A DNA stretch of 64,000 nt from Desulfobacterales bacterium (GTDB lineage Bacteria > Desulfobacterota > Desulfobacteria > Desulfobacterales > UBA2245): assembly GCA_040771865.1 (NCBI GenBank), contig JAXGZF010000006.1:62001-126000 (forward strand), written 5' to 3'. A program made the translations under genes and the position numbers. A model generated the notes under the pieces. That model was given only the letters and a program-made list of their open reading frames with translations, made no database searches and was not told where the DNA came from. Each line of letters starts with the position of its first letter. The first letter of the stretch is position 1. Of this stretch, positions 52,288 through 62,327 are shown piece after piece.

Positions 52288-52665
52288 TTAACCCATGGCT
52301 GCATCAGTTTGCCATGATCGAACATATGTAAGTGTTGGCGGGCGCCGCGAAAAGCTGAACGGCGGCATTGGACGCGATTTTCAACAGCCTTCCATGAGCT
52401 GGTTGATGAAAACAGTATAAAAACACCCATTCAAATACTCAAGAAAAAATTTCAACACCCTGTTAAGCCCGGGATTATGTTGAAAATTGGGTTGATTTTC
52501 CACCAGGAGAAACATAGTGTCAAAATATCGGGAACCACCCGAATCATATGCAAAAAGCGGATAATTTTTCCGTCCGTGCCGCGCAAAACAACAAACGATG
52601 GATCGCCGGCAGAGATGCCGGGCGCGGCGATCTCCTGGAAAAGCGGGCGGTAAGGGACGAAGGGA

Positions 52666-53157
52666 ATGGCATACCAATTTGAAAAGGTCGAGGACCGGCA
52701 TCGAACCGCGGTGATCGATATCTTCAACCACTACATTGCCGGCAGCTTTGCGGCTTATCCGGAGGAACCGGTGGGCTACGAATTCTTCGATTTTTTTCTG
52801 AATACGACGCGGGGGTATCCGGCTGTCACAATCAGGGATGACGCTGAAAACATCGTGGGATTCGCCTTCCTGCATGCCTATCGCGCCGGCCGGGCTTTCA
52901 GCCGCGCCGCGGAAATCACGTACTTCATACTTCCGGATCATACGGGCAAGGGGATCGGCGAAGCAATACTCGAACAATTCAAATCGGCGGCCAGGAAACA
53001 GGGAATCGATACGCTGCTGGCGAATATATCCTCTCGAAACGAGGGAAGTCTGCGGTTTCACAGGAAGCATGGTTTCAAGGAGTGCGGGCGATTCCGGCGG
53101 ATTGGAAGGAAGTTCGGCGAGGATTTTGATGTCGTGTGGATGCAGCTGGAATTGTGA
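52666..53157 (+). CDS. GNAT N-acetyltransferase (YncA/Pat-like)
   Basis: IFNHYI, GKGIG, NEGSLRFHRKHGF, GRKFG. Confidence 0.9.
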   Translation: MAYQFEKVEDRHRTAVIDIFNHYIAGSFAAYPEEPVGYEFFDFFLNTTRGYPAVTIRDDAENIVGFAFLHAYRAGRAFSRAAEITYFILPDHTGKGIGEAILEQFKSAARKQGIDTLLANISSRNEGSLRFHRKHGFKECGRFRRIGRKFGEDFDVVWMQLEL

Positions 53158-53225
53158 GGCGCCTGACAGGCGGCAGGGGCGTCTCGAGCATACGCCAGGC
53201 GGGAAGCAAAGGAGGTGTAAGGCTC

Positions 53226-53792
53226 ATGAAAAAGATCAAGATCGACAACAATGCGTTTGTTTACCCCATGCCGACGGTTCTGGTCGGTTCCATCGTGCAT
53301 GGCAGGGCAAACTTCATGGCCGTGGGATGGGTTTCAAGGGTGAATTTCAAACCGCCCATGATCGGCATCGCGCTGGGGCCGCATTTTACAAATCAGGGAA
53401 TAGAAGAGCGCAAGGCCTTCAGCGTCAATATTCCCTCGATTTCGATGCTTGAAAAAACCGACTATTGCGGAATAGTTTCCGGAAGCGAAACAGACAAATC
53501 GGGACTTTTTGATGTTTTTTACGGTGAATTGAAAGACGCGCCCCTGATTCAAGAATGCCCTGTCTGCGCGGCGTGCAGACTGCACGGCCAAATCAGATTG
53601 CCGACCAACACCCTGTTTGTCGGGGAAATCATCGAGGTGTATTCGGAAGATCGCTATTTGACCGACGGCAAACCGGATCTCAGAAAAACAAGTCCATTCA
53701 TGCTGACCATGCCGGACAACCATTACTGGGGGGTCGGAAATCATGTCGGAAAAGCATGGAGCGCCGGCAAAAAATTCAAGAAAAACGGGTAG
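53226..53792 (+). CDS. Flavin reductase / flavoredoxin family protein
   Basis: YPMPTVLVG, ANFMAVGW, DYCGIVSG, APLIQECP. Confidence 0.9.
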   Translation: MKKIKIDNNAFVYPMPTVLVGSIVHGRANFMAVGWVSRVNFKPPMIGIALGPHFTNQGIEERKAFSVNIPSISMLEKTDYCGIVSGSETDKSGLFDVFYGELKDAPLIQECPVCAACRLHGQIRLPTNTLFVGEIIEVYSEDRYLTDGKPDLRKTSPFMLTMPDNHYWGVGNHVGKAWSAGKKFKKNG

Positions 53793-53834
53793 CAGGTTCT
53801 GATCAATTGTTTCATTTTCGGCTGCAAAGGAGAG

Positions 53835-54269
53835 ATGGTGGGGGCTTTTCCTGAATTTGGCCTGGAGAAATTCGTGGAAGCGGCGGGCGACGCCATCATC
53901 GCGGCGAATGCGGACGGCCTGATTGTGTTCTGGAATTCAGCGGCGGAACGAATCTTCGGGTACGCAAGGAATGAGGCGCTCGGTCAATCGCTGGATCTGA
54001 TTATTCCCGAGCGTCTTCGAAAACGGCACCGGGAGGGATACCGGCAGGCGATGCGTACCGGACGAACCCGGTACGGCAGCGAAGTGCTTCGCGTGCCCGC
54101 CGTCCACAGGGATGGAAGGCCCCTTTCGATTGCGTTCACCGTTGCCTTGCTTTTCTCTTCGAACGCGAAGGTTCAAACGATCGTCTCGATCATACGGGAT
54201 GAGACCGCCCGCTGGAATGAAGAGCGCGCGCTTCGCAAACGGCTGGCCGCGCTTGAGGCGAAGGAATGA
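53835..54269 (+). CDS. Stand-alone PAS domain protein
   Basis: DAII..ADGLIVFWNSAAERIFGY..EALGQSLDLIIPE. Confidence 0.88.
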   Translation: MVGAFPEFGLEKFVEAAGDAIIAANADGLIVFWNSAAERIFGYARNEALGQSLDLIIPERLRKRHREGYRQAMRTGRTRYGSEVLRVPAVHRDGRPLSIAFTVALLFSSNAKVQTIVSIIRDETARWNEERALRKRLAALEAKE

Positions 54270-54401
54270 TGTCAAGCGGCCGGTCCGTGTCCGTTGAAGG
54301 ACAATTTTGACAAAGAGAATGAATTGATTTTTCCTGCGCGCGTTTGTCGCCAATTTCCAGTCCGCTTAACGTGCGTTTGATTTGCCGAAAAAGGTTTCAG
54401 A

Positions 54402-55016
54402 ATGAGCGGATGCTGCAACGACAATTGTTCTGTGAATGCCCTGCGTGAAAAACAGCGGGGAACACTGTATATTGTGCTTGGCATCAACGCGGTCATGTTC
54501 CTGGTCATCGCGGGGGCCGCGCTTTACGGCAACACAACGGCCCTGCTGGCCGACAGTCTGGATAATCTTGGCGACGCCCTAACCTACGGTCTGAGCCTGT
54601 ATGCCGTTTCAAGAAGCGCCGCCGTCAAGGCCCGGGTCGCGCTGTTCAAGGGCGGCCTGATTTTCCTGGCGGCCTGCGCCGTGGCGGCACAGATTGTCTA
54701 CAAGCTGTTTGTGCCAAGCGTGCCCATCTTCGAGGTCATGGGCGCGTTCAGCCTTATCGGTCTCGCCGCAAACTCAATCTGTCTCTTCCTGCTCTGGCGG
54801 CATCGCCACGAAGACGTAAACATGAATTCCGTGTGGGAGTGTTCACGAAACGACATCGCATCGAATCTTTCCGTGTTTGTGGCGGCCGGGTCCGTATGGC
54901 TCACCGGTTCAGGCTGGCCCGATATCCTGGTTGCACTCGGTCTCGTATGGCTCTTGATGCGTTCCGGGATGCGGGTCATTTCCTCGGCCATGGCGGAGCT
55001 TCGCGCGGCAGACTGA
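54402..55016 (+). CDS. Short CDF-family cation transporter
   Basis: ALLADSLD.LGD, SRND, WPD; no C-terminal cytoplasmic domain. Confidence 0.85.
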   Translation: MSGCCNDNCSVNALREKQRGTLYIVLGINAVMFLVIAGAALYGNTTALLADSLDNLGDALTYGLSLYAVSRSAAVKARVALFKGGLIFLAACAVAAQIVYKLFVPSVPIFEVMGAFSLIGLAANSICLFLLWRHRHEDVNMNSVWECSRNDIASNLSVFVAAGSVWLTGSGWPDILVALGLVWLLMRSGMRVISSAMAELRAAD

Positions 55017-55373
55017 TCGATGCCTTCATCATTGAACCGATGCAACCCCGCGATCCGCTTGACCTCCTGGGCGCTCAGAACCTGCTTGGCGTTTGCTCCG
55101 CGGGAGTCGTCCGCGGCGGTCTTCGATTGACAAAGATCTTGATGAACCCTGTCCGCTATGGTAGTTTTTTGAATTAGAATTCAACTCATTCTGTTCGGTT
55201 TCCCGGCTTGCAGACCCCCGGTCGATGGAGGTATCATCGGCAGCTGTGTTTATCTGAATTGACATATCCGCGGCTGCCGGTTTCTTTGATTTTCCATCGA
55301 GATTGATTGGGTGTTTGTTTTCATCATCTCTTTCCGCGTCTTTCAAGTCTTTCAAGGAAAAGGAGGAATGGTT

Positions 55374-56378
55374 ATGAAAACCGGTTTAAAAGTGAAGCAT
55401 GCTGCATTTGCGGTTTTGCTGGCTCTTTCTTTGGCGGCATGCGGAGGAGGCGGTGGCGGCGGCGGAGAAATTTCATCGGGTATTTATTATACCGGGCTTA
55501 CCAACGAGGCCATGATCGATGAAAACAATGCCGTGATTCTCTCCACAGGCGCTTACCAGGGCGGTCAGACCGGCGCTGCGCTGGTCGGCAGTGTGGGCGC
55601 CGTTCAGGTCGGGGAAGACGGGTCTGTGGGTATTCCGCGTACGTTAAAGGTGTCGCGGATTCTGGAGGATGCCCTTTACAAGGTGGACATGACCTCCAGA
55701 CCGGCCGGCGCATTCGTCGGCGCTATTTATACCGAGACGGATACGATTTATGGCGATTACGGGGGCAGCGCATCTTATTCCATCAAAGTGAATGATGAAA
55801 CCGGAGTATTTTCCGGCAGCATCACGTTTAACAGCTATTCGGATGATGGCGTAACCGCCGTTTCCGGCCCGGTGAGTTTTTCGGGCTTGCTTGACGTTAA
55901 CACCGAATACTTAATCGAGTTCAGCTTTTCTTTCGACAACCTGACCGGCGTTTCCGGCAGCGATTCTTTTACGCTGGACGGAGACATTTCATTCGATGGC
56001 GCAATTTACCCTGCTGAAATCACTATGACAATGCTGTTGAAAGACAACCACACGGCAAAAGTTTACAAGCTTGAGAACTACGTCATGACCCTGACCGAAC
56101 AGGCGAGCTATGTGGATATTGAAGGATCCGGCGCCTATTTCGATCCGGATTACGGCTATGTAACGATCAGCGCAGGCGCTCCGTTTCGCATCTACTACGG
56201 CGATGTGTATCCATCCGATGGGGTTCTTGTGATCAATGGCAATACGGGCATTGCCGGCGGCAGCACGATGGCCCGGCTGACGGCGCTTTCATCATCAACC
56301 TGCCAGGTTGAGGCGGATACAAACGGTGATGGCATATATGACTGGAATTCCGGGGTGTTAAACTGGGATGACCTTTGA
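55374..56378 (+). CDS. Putative surface lipoprotein
   Basis: LAAC lipobox plus poly-Gly linker, acidic beta-rich body, C-terminal DTNGDG; AGGAGG RBS. Confidence 0.8.
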   Translation: MKTGLKVKHAAFAVLLALSLAACGGGGGGGGEISSGIYYTGLTNEAMIDENNAVILSTGAYQGGQTGAALVGSVGAVQVGEDGSVGIPRTLKVSRILEDALYKVDMTSRPAGAFVGAIYTETDTIYGDYGGSASYSIKVNDETGVFSGSITFNSYSDDGVTAVSGPVSFSGLLDVNTEYLIEFSFSFDNLTGVSGSDSFTLDGDISFDGAIYPAEITMTMLLKDNHTAKVYKLENYVMTLTEQASYVDIEGSGAYFDPDYGYVTISAGAPFRIYYGDVYPSDGVLVINGNTGIAGGSTMARLTALSSSTCQVEADTNGDGIYDWNSGVLNWDDL

Positions 56379-56496
56379 TCTGCAGCAACCGTCTGAGGGT
56401 AATCGAAAGGGGAAATGACCTGTATCATTTCCCCTTTTTATAGAATGCATCCGTTTTCACTTCTGTCTGAATGCCCTGAATCATTCGCCTGAAAAC

Positions 56497-57381
56497 ATGA
56501 GGACCCTTTTCATGCCAAGAAGCCCGATAATTATTTTCTGTTTTCTTCTGAGCGCCGCATCTGCCGTATTTATTCCATCGCCCGCGCCTGCCGAGGAAGG
56601 GAAAGGGCTGGAAAGCCGCCTTTCGATCGGTATGGGCTGGGAACAGCTTGACTATGAAGAACATGAGCCGGAAAGGGATTCGAATTCCAATGCAAAGGTA
56701 AGCAATGCCACCGTGTGGATCGAAGGGCTAAAACGGTGGAAATCCCTGTTTTGCGGAATAAAGGCCGTTATTCCGGTGTGGCGGGAAGATGATGCGGAAA
56801 AATGGGTCTCTTCGGATCGAACAATATTCCAGACCAACGCCCTGGAATACGAATGGATGCGGATAGACGGCTGCCTGGGGTATCCTGCAACCCGCTTTTT
56901 CAATCCATATGCGGGCTTGCGCTGGTCGGAAAGCAGGCAGGACAGGACGGACTATCTTGTGAATAACGTTGCCGTTGCCGAAGCCGCAGAAGAAACCACA
57001 AGATCCTGGAGCCTTCTGCTGGGCTTCAGGGGCGACGGCAACCTCACGCCTCAATGGAGGTGGAATTACTGGGTGGAATACTTTGTTCCAATCGACGTTC
57101 AGGTTGCCAACAGCGCGCTGCCGGGTTTTGAGGCGTCGAATAAGGATGGATATGCTGTGGAGCTCAAATGCGGGACGGAGTACCTGTGCACCGAGGCTTT
57201 ATCCATTGGCATTCTGTTTTATGGAGGGAGGATGCACTGGGGCGGAAGCGGCTGGAAGGCCTTTTCCGGCGGAACGGCGAAGTGGCCGGAGAATGATACG
57301 GATTATCTGGGCGGAGCACTGAATATCGTCTGGAGATTTGGGAGCAAAGGCTCAAGGCAAGGTATGTCGCCGAGTCGATGA
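56497..57381 (+). CDS. Putative outer-membrane beta-barrel protein
   Basis: Signal peptide, alternating aromatic beta-strands, terminal-strand-like ALNIVWRF. Confidence 0.65.
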   Translation: MRTLFMPRSPIIIFCFLLSAASAVFIPSPAPAEEGKGLESRLSIGMGWEQLDYEEHEPERDSNSNAKVSNATVWIEGLKRWKSLFCGIKAVIPVWREDDAEKWVSSDRTIFQTNALEYEWMRIDGCLGYPATRFFNPYAGLRWSESRQDRTDYLVNNVAVAEAAEETTRSWSLLLGFRGDGNLTPQWRWNYWVEYFVPIDVQVANSALPGFEASNKDGYAVELKCGTEYLCTEALSIGILFYGGRMHWGGSGWKAFSGGTAKWPENDTDYLGGALNIVWRFGSKGSRQGMSPSR

Positions 57382-57427
57382 CCTGAACCGTAAATCAACC
57401 GCATTAATGCCGGATGGAGAGAAAGAT

Positions 57428-57649
57428 ATGGTTCCAAAACAGGAACGGGATGTGGAAAAGGGATACTCGAAAGCCGATTTTGCGGCAAAACTGCGGCGTC
57501 TGGCGGACGCAATCGAGGATGGAGATCATTTCGAGATACGGATTGCCGGGGAACGCATTTATGTGCCGGCCCGGGCCAGATTCACCATCGAGCACGAACG
57601 GTCCGAGGGTGAGGAGGAGATAGAGTTTCAGGTCAAGTGGGAAAGATAA
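57428..57649 (+). CDS. Amphi-Trp domain protein
   Basis: KLRRLADAIE, IAGERIYVP, EEIEFQVKW. Confidence 0.85.
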   Translation: MVPKQERDVEKGYSKADFAAKLRRLADAIEDGDHFEIRIAGERIYVPARARFTIEHERSEGEEEIEFQVKWER

Positions 57650-57807
57650 TAGGCGGCCACGGTGTTCAATCGGCAGCCAGCACTTTTTAATTGACTGTTC
57701 AGGGCGGTTTTTGCATATTCTTTTACGTTGAACGAACAGCGGCGCTTTGAAAAGCGCCTCGATGAATCTGAGAACAACGGCAAAATCCGTGCGGCAGGTG
57801 AAATAAA

Positions 57808-58194
57808 ATGCAGGATCAGAATGATGAATTGCCTGAATACTCGTTGAATTTTCTGGAAATGGCGTTTCGCACCGACCGGCAGATCGTGCCGAAGCAGGCC
57901 GACGGATGCGCCGAAAAATCCAGCGGGTGCGGCGATGCGGTGAAAATGTACCTGACCCTGAGCGGTCGGACCATTCAATCCGTTCGATTTGAAATCCGCG
58001 GATGCCTCAATACCAATGCTTGCGCCAATGCCGTGGCCGAGCTTGCCGAAGGCAAAACCGTCGAGGATGCCCGGAAATTGACCGCATTCGATGTGGCACG
58101 GTTTCTGACAACCCTGCCGCCCGAGCACATGCACTGCGCCGAGCTGGCTGCCGGTGCCTTCCAGCAGGCCCTGGCCGGAATCGACCGCGCCTAG
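57808..58194 (+). CDS. NifU_N / IscU-like Fe-S scaffold protein
   Basis: GCGD, GC..T.ACA, HCAELA (three conserved Cys). Confidence 0.85.
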   Translation: MQDQNDELPEYSLNFLEMAFRTDRQIVPKQADGCAEKSSGCGDAVKMYLTLSGRTIQSVRFEIRGCLNTNACANAVAELAEGKTVEDARKLTAFDVARFLTTLPPEHMHCAELAAGAFQQALAGIDRA

Positions 58195-58327
58195 CCGGGC
58201 GCTGAAAAGCCGCGCCTGAGGCTGCCGCGCGGCGTTGTGCGGCTCTCGCCGATGCCCACATAGGCTTGAACAGCTGCGCTTGCCGCATCGCCGAGCGCCT
58301 GATTCCTCTTTTGCAATCTCAACGATT
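58195..58327. mobile_element. Degenerate MITE, copy C
   Basis: Core CTGAGGCTGCC..GCGTTGTGCGGCTCTCGCCGATGCCCACATA.GCTTGAA matches copies A and B; ends eroded; follows CTAG. Confidence 0.7.
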
Positions 58328-59068
58328 CTAAAGCAGGAGCCGGTGCTTTCCGCAGAAAATGAACAGCCCTTCTTTCCGGGACAGACAGGCCAGCGTCATG
58401 TTCAGCTCGACCCCTGTCCTGACGGCCAGGGAGGTCGGCCGCGACATGGAAAAAATAATTGGAATGCGCGCACGGGCGGCTTTCTGGACCAGTTCGAAGC
58501 TGATTCTCGAAGAAAGCACCAGCAGGCAGGCCCGGTCCAGATTGTTTTCAAGAAACAGCTTTCCGATCGCCTTGTCCAAGGCATTGTGACGCCCTACATC
58601 CTCGGCGGATGCCATCAACTCCAGCTGGTCATTGAAAATGGCGGCCGCATGGGAGGCGCCGGTTTTTTCCCTAAGTTTCTGAAAATCGCCGAGCCGGATT
58701 AGACGCTCGAAAGCCGATGCCAGATTCAGGCGCAGGGAATCGTCAAATCGGAGCAGACCGGATTTCGGGTCCTGCAAATCGGCATTTTGCGATTTCAGAC
58801 CATCGGCGGAAAGCGTCAGCCGAACCGCGTCCGGATCATCGCTGGTGTGTTGAATGGCTGAAAAATCTTCGGGTTTCGCGACGATTCCCCGGGACAGGCA
58901 GAATCCGACCGCATGGGCGATTTCATCGCCGGGCGTGCGCATTTCCACCCGGTAAATTCTGTCCTGAAGCCAGATGGTCAAAGGCGACTCTTCGACCAGA
59001 TCAAGTTGCGTTTGATGCGTCTTCACTCCATCCCAGTGAAAGACCGGACAAGGCACGGATGAATTCAA
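58328..59068 (-). CDS. fdhD: FdhD formate dehydrogenase accessory protein (atypical)
   Basis: MRTPGDE, TGASHAA, EDVGRHNALDK, SSRISFELVQK; no CGxC loop. Confidence 0.85.
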   Translation of the reverse strand: MNSSVPCPVFHWDGVKTHQTQLDLVEESPLTIWLQDRIYRVEMRTPGDEIAHAVGFCLSRGIVAKPEDFSAIQHTSDDPDAVRLTLSADGLKSQNADLQDPKSGLLRFDDSLRLNLASAFERLIRLGDFQKLREKTGASHAAAIFNDQLELMASAEDVGRHNALDKAIGKLFLENNLDRACLLVLSSRISFELVQKAARARIPIIFSMSRPTSLAVRTGVELNMTLACLSRKEGLFIFCGKHRLLL

Positions 59069-59446
59069 GGGAATCCTCTCAGCATTTGAAATGTTTCAGA
59101 CGTTGAAAACCAGGCTTTACATGGCCTGGCGACAATGATAAGAAATCACAATAAAACGCTTTTTTTTTCAAGATCAAGTAGATTCTGAGACCTGCCGGAA
59201 GCGCGTGCGGGCTTTTGAAGCCGGAAGGCGCCGGTGTTTTGTCTGTAAATATAAATTTTTCTTGACAAACAGCGCCGGCGGTTTAATATTTGACATTTTT
59301 TAAAACGAGCATGATGCGTTCGCAATCAGCCTCGGGTGCGGGCAGTCCGGTTGTTTCGACGATAATCAACCGGATAAGCCCTGATGTCGGGGCTTTCAAA
59401 TTTAAGCGGATGCATATGAGCACAGAAATGGATTGAAGGAGGCATT

Positions 59447-59758
59447 ATGTACGCTGTGATCAGTTCTGGCGGAAAACAGTACAAGGTTTCCGAAGGAGAG
59501 GTGCTTCGGGTGGAAAAGATTCCCGGAGAAATCGGCAATCCGGTAACCTTTGACCGCGTTTTGCTGTTTTCCGACGGTGAAAATATCTCGATCGGCCAGC
59601 CGCTTCTGGACAACGTGGCGGTACGGGGCCACATCGTCGAGCAGGGGAAGGCCAAAAAAATCCTTGTGTTCAAGTACAAGCGCCGCAAGGGGTATCGCCG
59701 CAAGCAGGGGCATCGGCAAACGTATACGGCCGTCAAGATTGAAAGCATCGGAGCCTAG
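59447..59758 (+). CDS. rplU: 50S ribosomal protein L21
   Basis: [27 protein letters not shown]. Confidence 0.98.
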   Translation: MYAVISSGGKQYKVSEGEVLRVEKIPGEIGNPVTFDRVLLFSDGENISIGQPLLDNVAVRGHIVEQGKAKKILVFKYKRRKGYRRKQGHRQTYTAVKIESIGA

Positions 59759-59842
59759 AAACCTGTCATTCTGCCCTGATTTACCATCGACCGGGTGCGG
59801 GTGCAATGAGGGTATTCTTAAATAGATCAAGGAGTTGGAACC

Positions 59843-60097
59843 ATGGCACATAAAAAAGCGGGCGGCAGTTCACGAAACGGCCGCGACAGCAACGGACAAA
59901 GGCGCGGAATCAAGCGATTCAGCGGAAACAGGGTGAGAGCCGGAAATATTCTGGTGCGCCAGGTGGGAACGAAAATTCATCCGGGGGAAAATGTGGGTCT
60001 GGGAAGAGATTATACCCTTTTTGCCCTGGTGGACGGCGTTGTGTCCTATGAGCGGTTCGGACGATCCCGGAAAAAAGTAAGCGTTTATGCCGAGTGA
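59843..60097 (+). CDS. rpmA: 50S ribosomal protein L27
   Basis: [16 protein letters not shown]. Confidence 0.98.
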   Translation: MAHKKAGGSSRNGRDSNGQRRGIKRFSGNRVRAGNILVRQVGTKIHPGENVGLGRDYTLFALVDGVVSYERFGRSRKKVSVYAE

Positions 60098-61116
60098 AAT
60101 TTATTGACGAAGTCATTATTGAGGTGCAGGCCGGTGACGGCGGAAACGGGTGCGTCAGCTTTCGAAGAGAACGGTTCATACCCCGTGGAGGACCTGACGG
60201 GGGCGACGGGGGCAAGGGAGGCGATGTTGTTTTGCTGGCAAGCCCTCAGAAACGCACCCTGCACCACTTTCGGTTCAAAAGGAAGTTCAAGGCTCAGAAC
60301 GGCGCTCACGGCATGGGACGGCAAAAGACCGGCCGAAACGGAGAGGATCTCGTTATCGAGGTTCCGGTCGGTACCCTGTGCTTGAATGCCGTAACCGGCG
60401 AGCTTGTGGAGGATCTTGTCGAGGCGGGCCAGACGGCGGTGATTGCCAGAGGCGGCAGAGGAGGCCAGGGAAACGAGCGTTTCAAAACCTCAACCAACCG
60501 GACGCCCAGATTTGCGCAGCCCGGCCAGACCGGCGAGGCCCTTGCGCTGAAACTGGAACTGAAGCTTCTGGCCGATGTCGGCCTCATCGGCCTTCCCAAC
60601 GCAGGCAAATCCACCCTGATCAGCGCCATTTCTTCAGCAACTCCAAAGATCGGAAGTTATCCCTTTACAACGCTTTCCCCCAATCTGGGCGTGGTCAAAG
60701 ACCATGGGGGACAGCCTTTTGTCGTGGCCGACATACCCGGACTGATCGAGGGCGCGCATCAGGGGGCCGGGCTGGGGGACCGGTTTCTGCGGCATGTCGA
60801 CCGAACCCGGATTCTCGTGCATCTGATCGATGCGTCAATGCTGGATGAAAGTGATCCGCTTGCGCCCTATAAAATTATCAACCGGGAACTGGCCCTTTAC
60901 GGCCGCGGCTTACCCGAGAAACCCCAGGTGGTGGTTCTCAACAAGATGGATATTCCCGGAACCGAACCGAAAGCCACGGCTTTTGAGTCCGCCCTGCCCG
61001 ATGTAAAGATCTTCAGAATCTCGGCTTTCAACCGGCAGGGAGTCAAACAATTGCTGAATTCTCTTTCGACATTACTGGATCAGTTGAATGAATCAAGACA
61101 GGAAGCAGTGCTTTGA
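60094..61116 (+). CDS. obgE: GTPase ObgE
   Basis: Gly-rich Obg domain, [22 protein letters not shown]. Confidence 0.97.
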   Translation: MKFIDEVIIEVQAGDGGNGCVSFRRERFIPRGGPDGGDGGKGGDVVLLASPQKRTLHHFRFKRKFKAQNGAHGMGRQKTGRNGEDLVIEVPVGTLCLNAVTGELVEDLVEAGQTAVIARGGRGGQGNERFKTSTNRTPRFAQPGQTGEALALKLELKLLADVGLIGLPNAGKSTLISAISSATPKIGSYPFTTLSPNLGVVKDHGGQPFVVADIPGLIEGAHQGAGLGDRFLRHVDRTRILVHLIDASMLDESDPLAPYKIINRELALYGRGLPEKPQVVVLNKMDIPGTEPKATAFESALPDVKIFRISAFNRQGVKQLLNSLSTLLDQLNESRQEAVL

Positions 61117-62233
61117 TCGCGCCAGACGCGTGGTGGTCAAGGTGGGAAGCGGCGTTCTGACCCATGAAAACGGGCTGAATATCAGGATCGTCCGGTCCCT
61201 GAGCCGGCAGATCTGTGATCTGATCGATCGGGGCAAGGAGATCATTCTGGTCACTTCCGGCGCCATGGCTGCCGGTCTGGCCAAGGTCGGACTGGCCCGG
61301 CGGCCGGATCAAATTCCCCAGCGCCAGGCTGTCGCTGCTGTCGGACAGGCCGGATTGATTCTGGAATACGAGAAAGCCTTTGGCCGGCACGGCAGAAAAG
61401 TGGCCCAGATCCTTCTGACCAGCGACGGTCTGAGCAACCGGAAACGGTATCTCAACGCCCGGAACACCCTTTATACCCTGCTGGGATGGAACATCGTTCC
61501 CATCATCAACGAAAACGACACCGTGTCCGTGGATGAGATCAAGTTCGGCGACAACGACAATCTGGCCGCGATGATTACGCTGCTGATGGAGGCGGATCTT
61601 CTGGTCAGCCTGACGGACATTGACGGCCTTTACACTTCCGATCCGAGAACCGATTCGAATGCCCGGCTCATTCCGGTGATTGAGGTGATCGGGAAGAATA
61701 TTGAAATCAGCGCCACCGGAATTCCCGGCGCCCTGGGAACCGGAGGAATGCTCAGCAAGGTGAAGGCGGCCCGGAAGGTGACCACGGCCGGAATTCCCAT
61801 GGTGATTGCCAGCGGGAAAAAGCCGGACATCCTTCCCCGGCTGTTTGACGGGCAGCAAACCGGCACCTTTTTTGTTCCCAAGAAAGAGCGCATGACGAAC
61901 CGGAAGTGCTGGATCGCCTTTAATCTGAAACCCGAAGGGATGATCAACGTCGACGAAGGCGCAGCCAACGCCCTGGTGAACAACGGCAAAAGCCTGCTTC
62001 CGGGCGGGATTCTTTCCGTAGAGGGAGACTTCGGCGTCGGAGCGGCAGTTCAATTTAAAAAAGCCGGAGATGACGCGTTGCTGGGGGCCGGACTGGTCAA
62101 CTACAGCGCCGCGGATATTCGAAAGATCATGGGTCTGCGTTCCGACCGGATCGCATATCGAATCGGATCCAAACCCTATGACGAGGTGATCCATCGGAAC
62201 AACATGGTGATCATGGATCAATGCGATATCTGA
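61088..62233 (+). CDS. proB: Glutamate 5-kinase
   Basis: VVKVGS, PIINENDT, FGDND, GTGGM; PUA domain. Confidence 0.97.
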   Translation: MNQDRKQCFDRARRVVVKVGSGVLTHENGLNIRIVRSLSRQICDLIDRGKEIILVTSGAMAAGLAKVGLARRPDQIPQRQAVAAVGQAGLILEYEKAFGRHGRKVAQILLTSDGLSNRKRYLNARNTLYTLLGWNIVPIINENDTVSVDEIKFGDNDNLAAMITLLMEADLLVSLTDIDGLYTSDPRTDSNARLIPVIEVIGKNIEISATGIPGALGTGGMLSKVKAARKVTTAGIPMVIASGKKPDILPRLFDGQQTGTFFVPKKERMTNRKCWIAFNLKPEGMINVDEGAANALVNNGKSLLPGGILSVEGDFGVGAAVQFKKAGDDALLGAGLVNYSAADIRKIMGLRSDRIAYRIGSKPYDEVIHRNNMVIMDQCDI

Positions 62234-62327
62234 TGAATCAAAAGTCCGGTTCCGCAGCATTTCCGGCCCGGCCTGATGCGAATGTCCGTCGGCCTTCGGT
62301 TCAGTGACGGTTTCAAAGGGGGGAAAC

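Noticed and set aside
52600..55300. GNAT, flavin reductase, PAS and CDF genes as integron cassettes
   Set aside because: The gene types are cassette-like, but I could not find RYYYAAC...GTTRRRY attC structures or an integrase.
59759..59842. Missing Prp (ysxB) protease gene between rplU and rpmA
   Set aside because: Expected, because L27 here starts MAHKK with no N-terminal extension.
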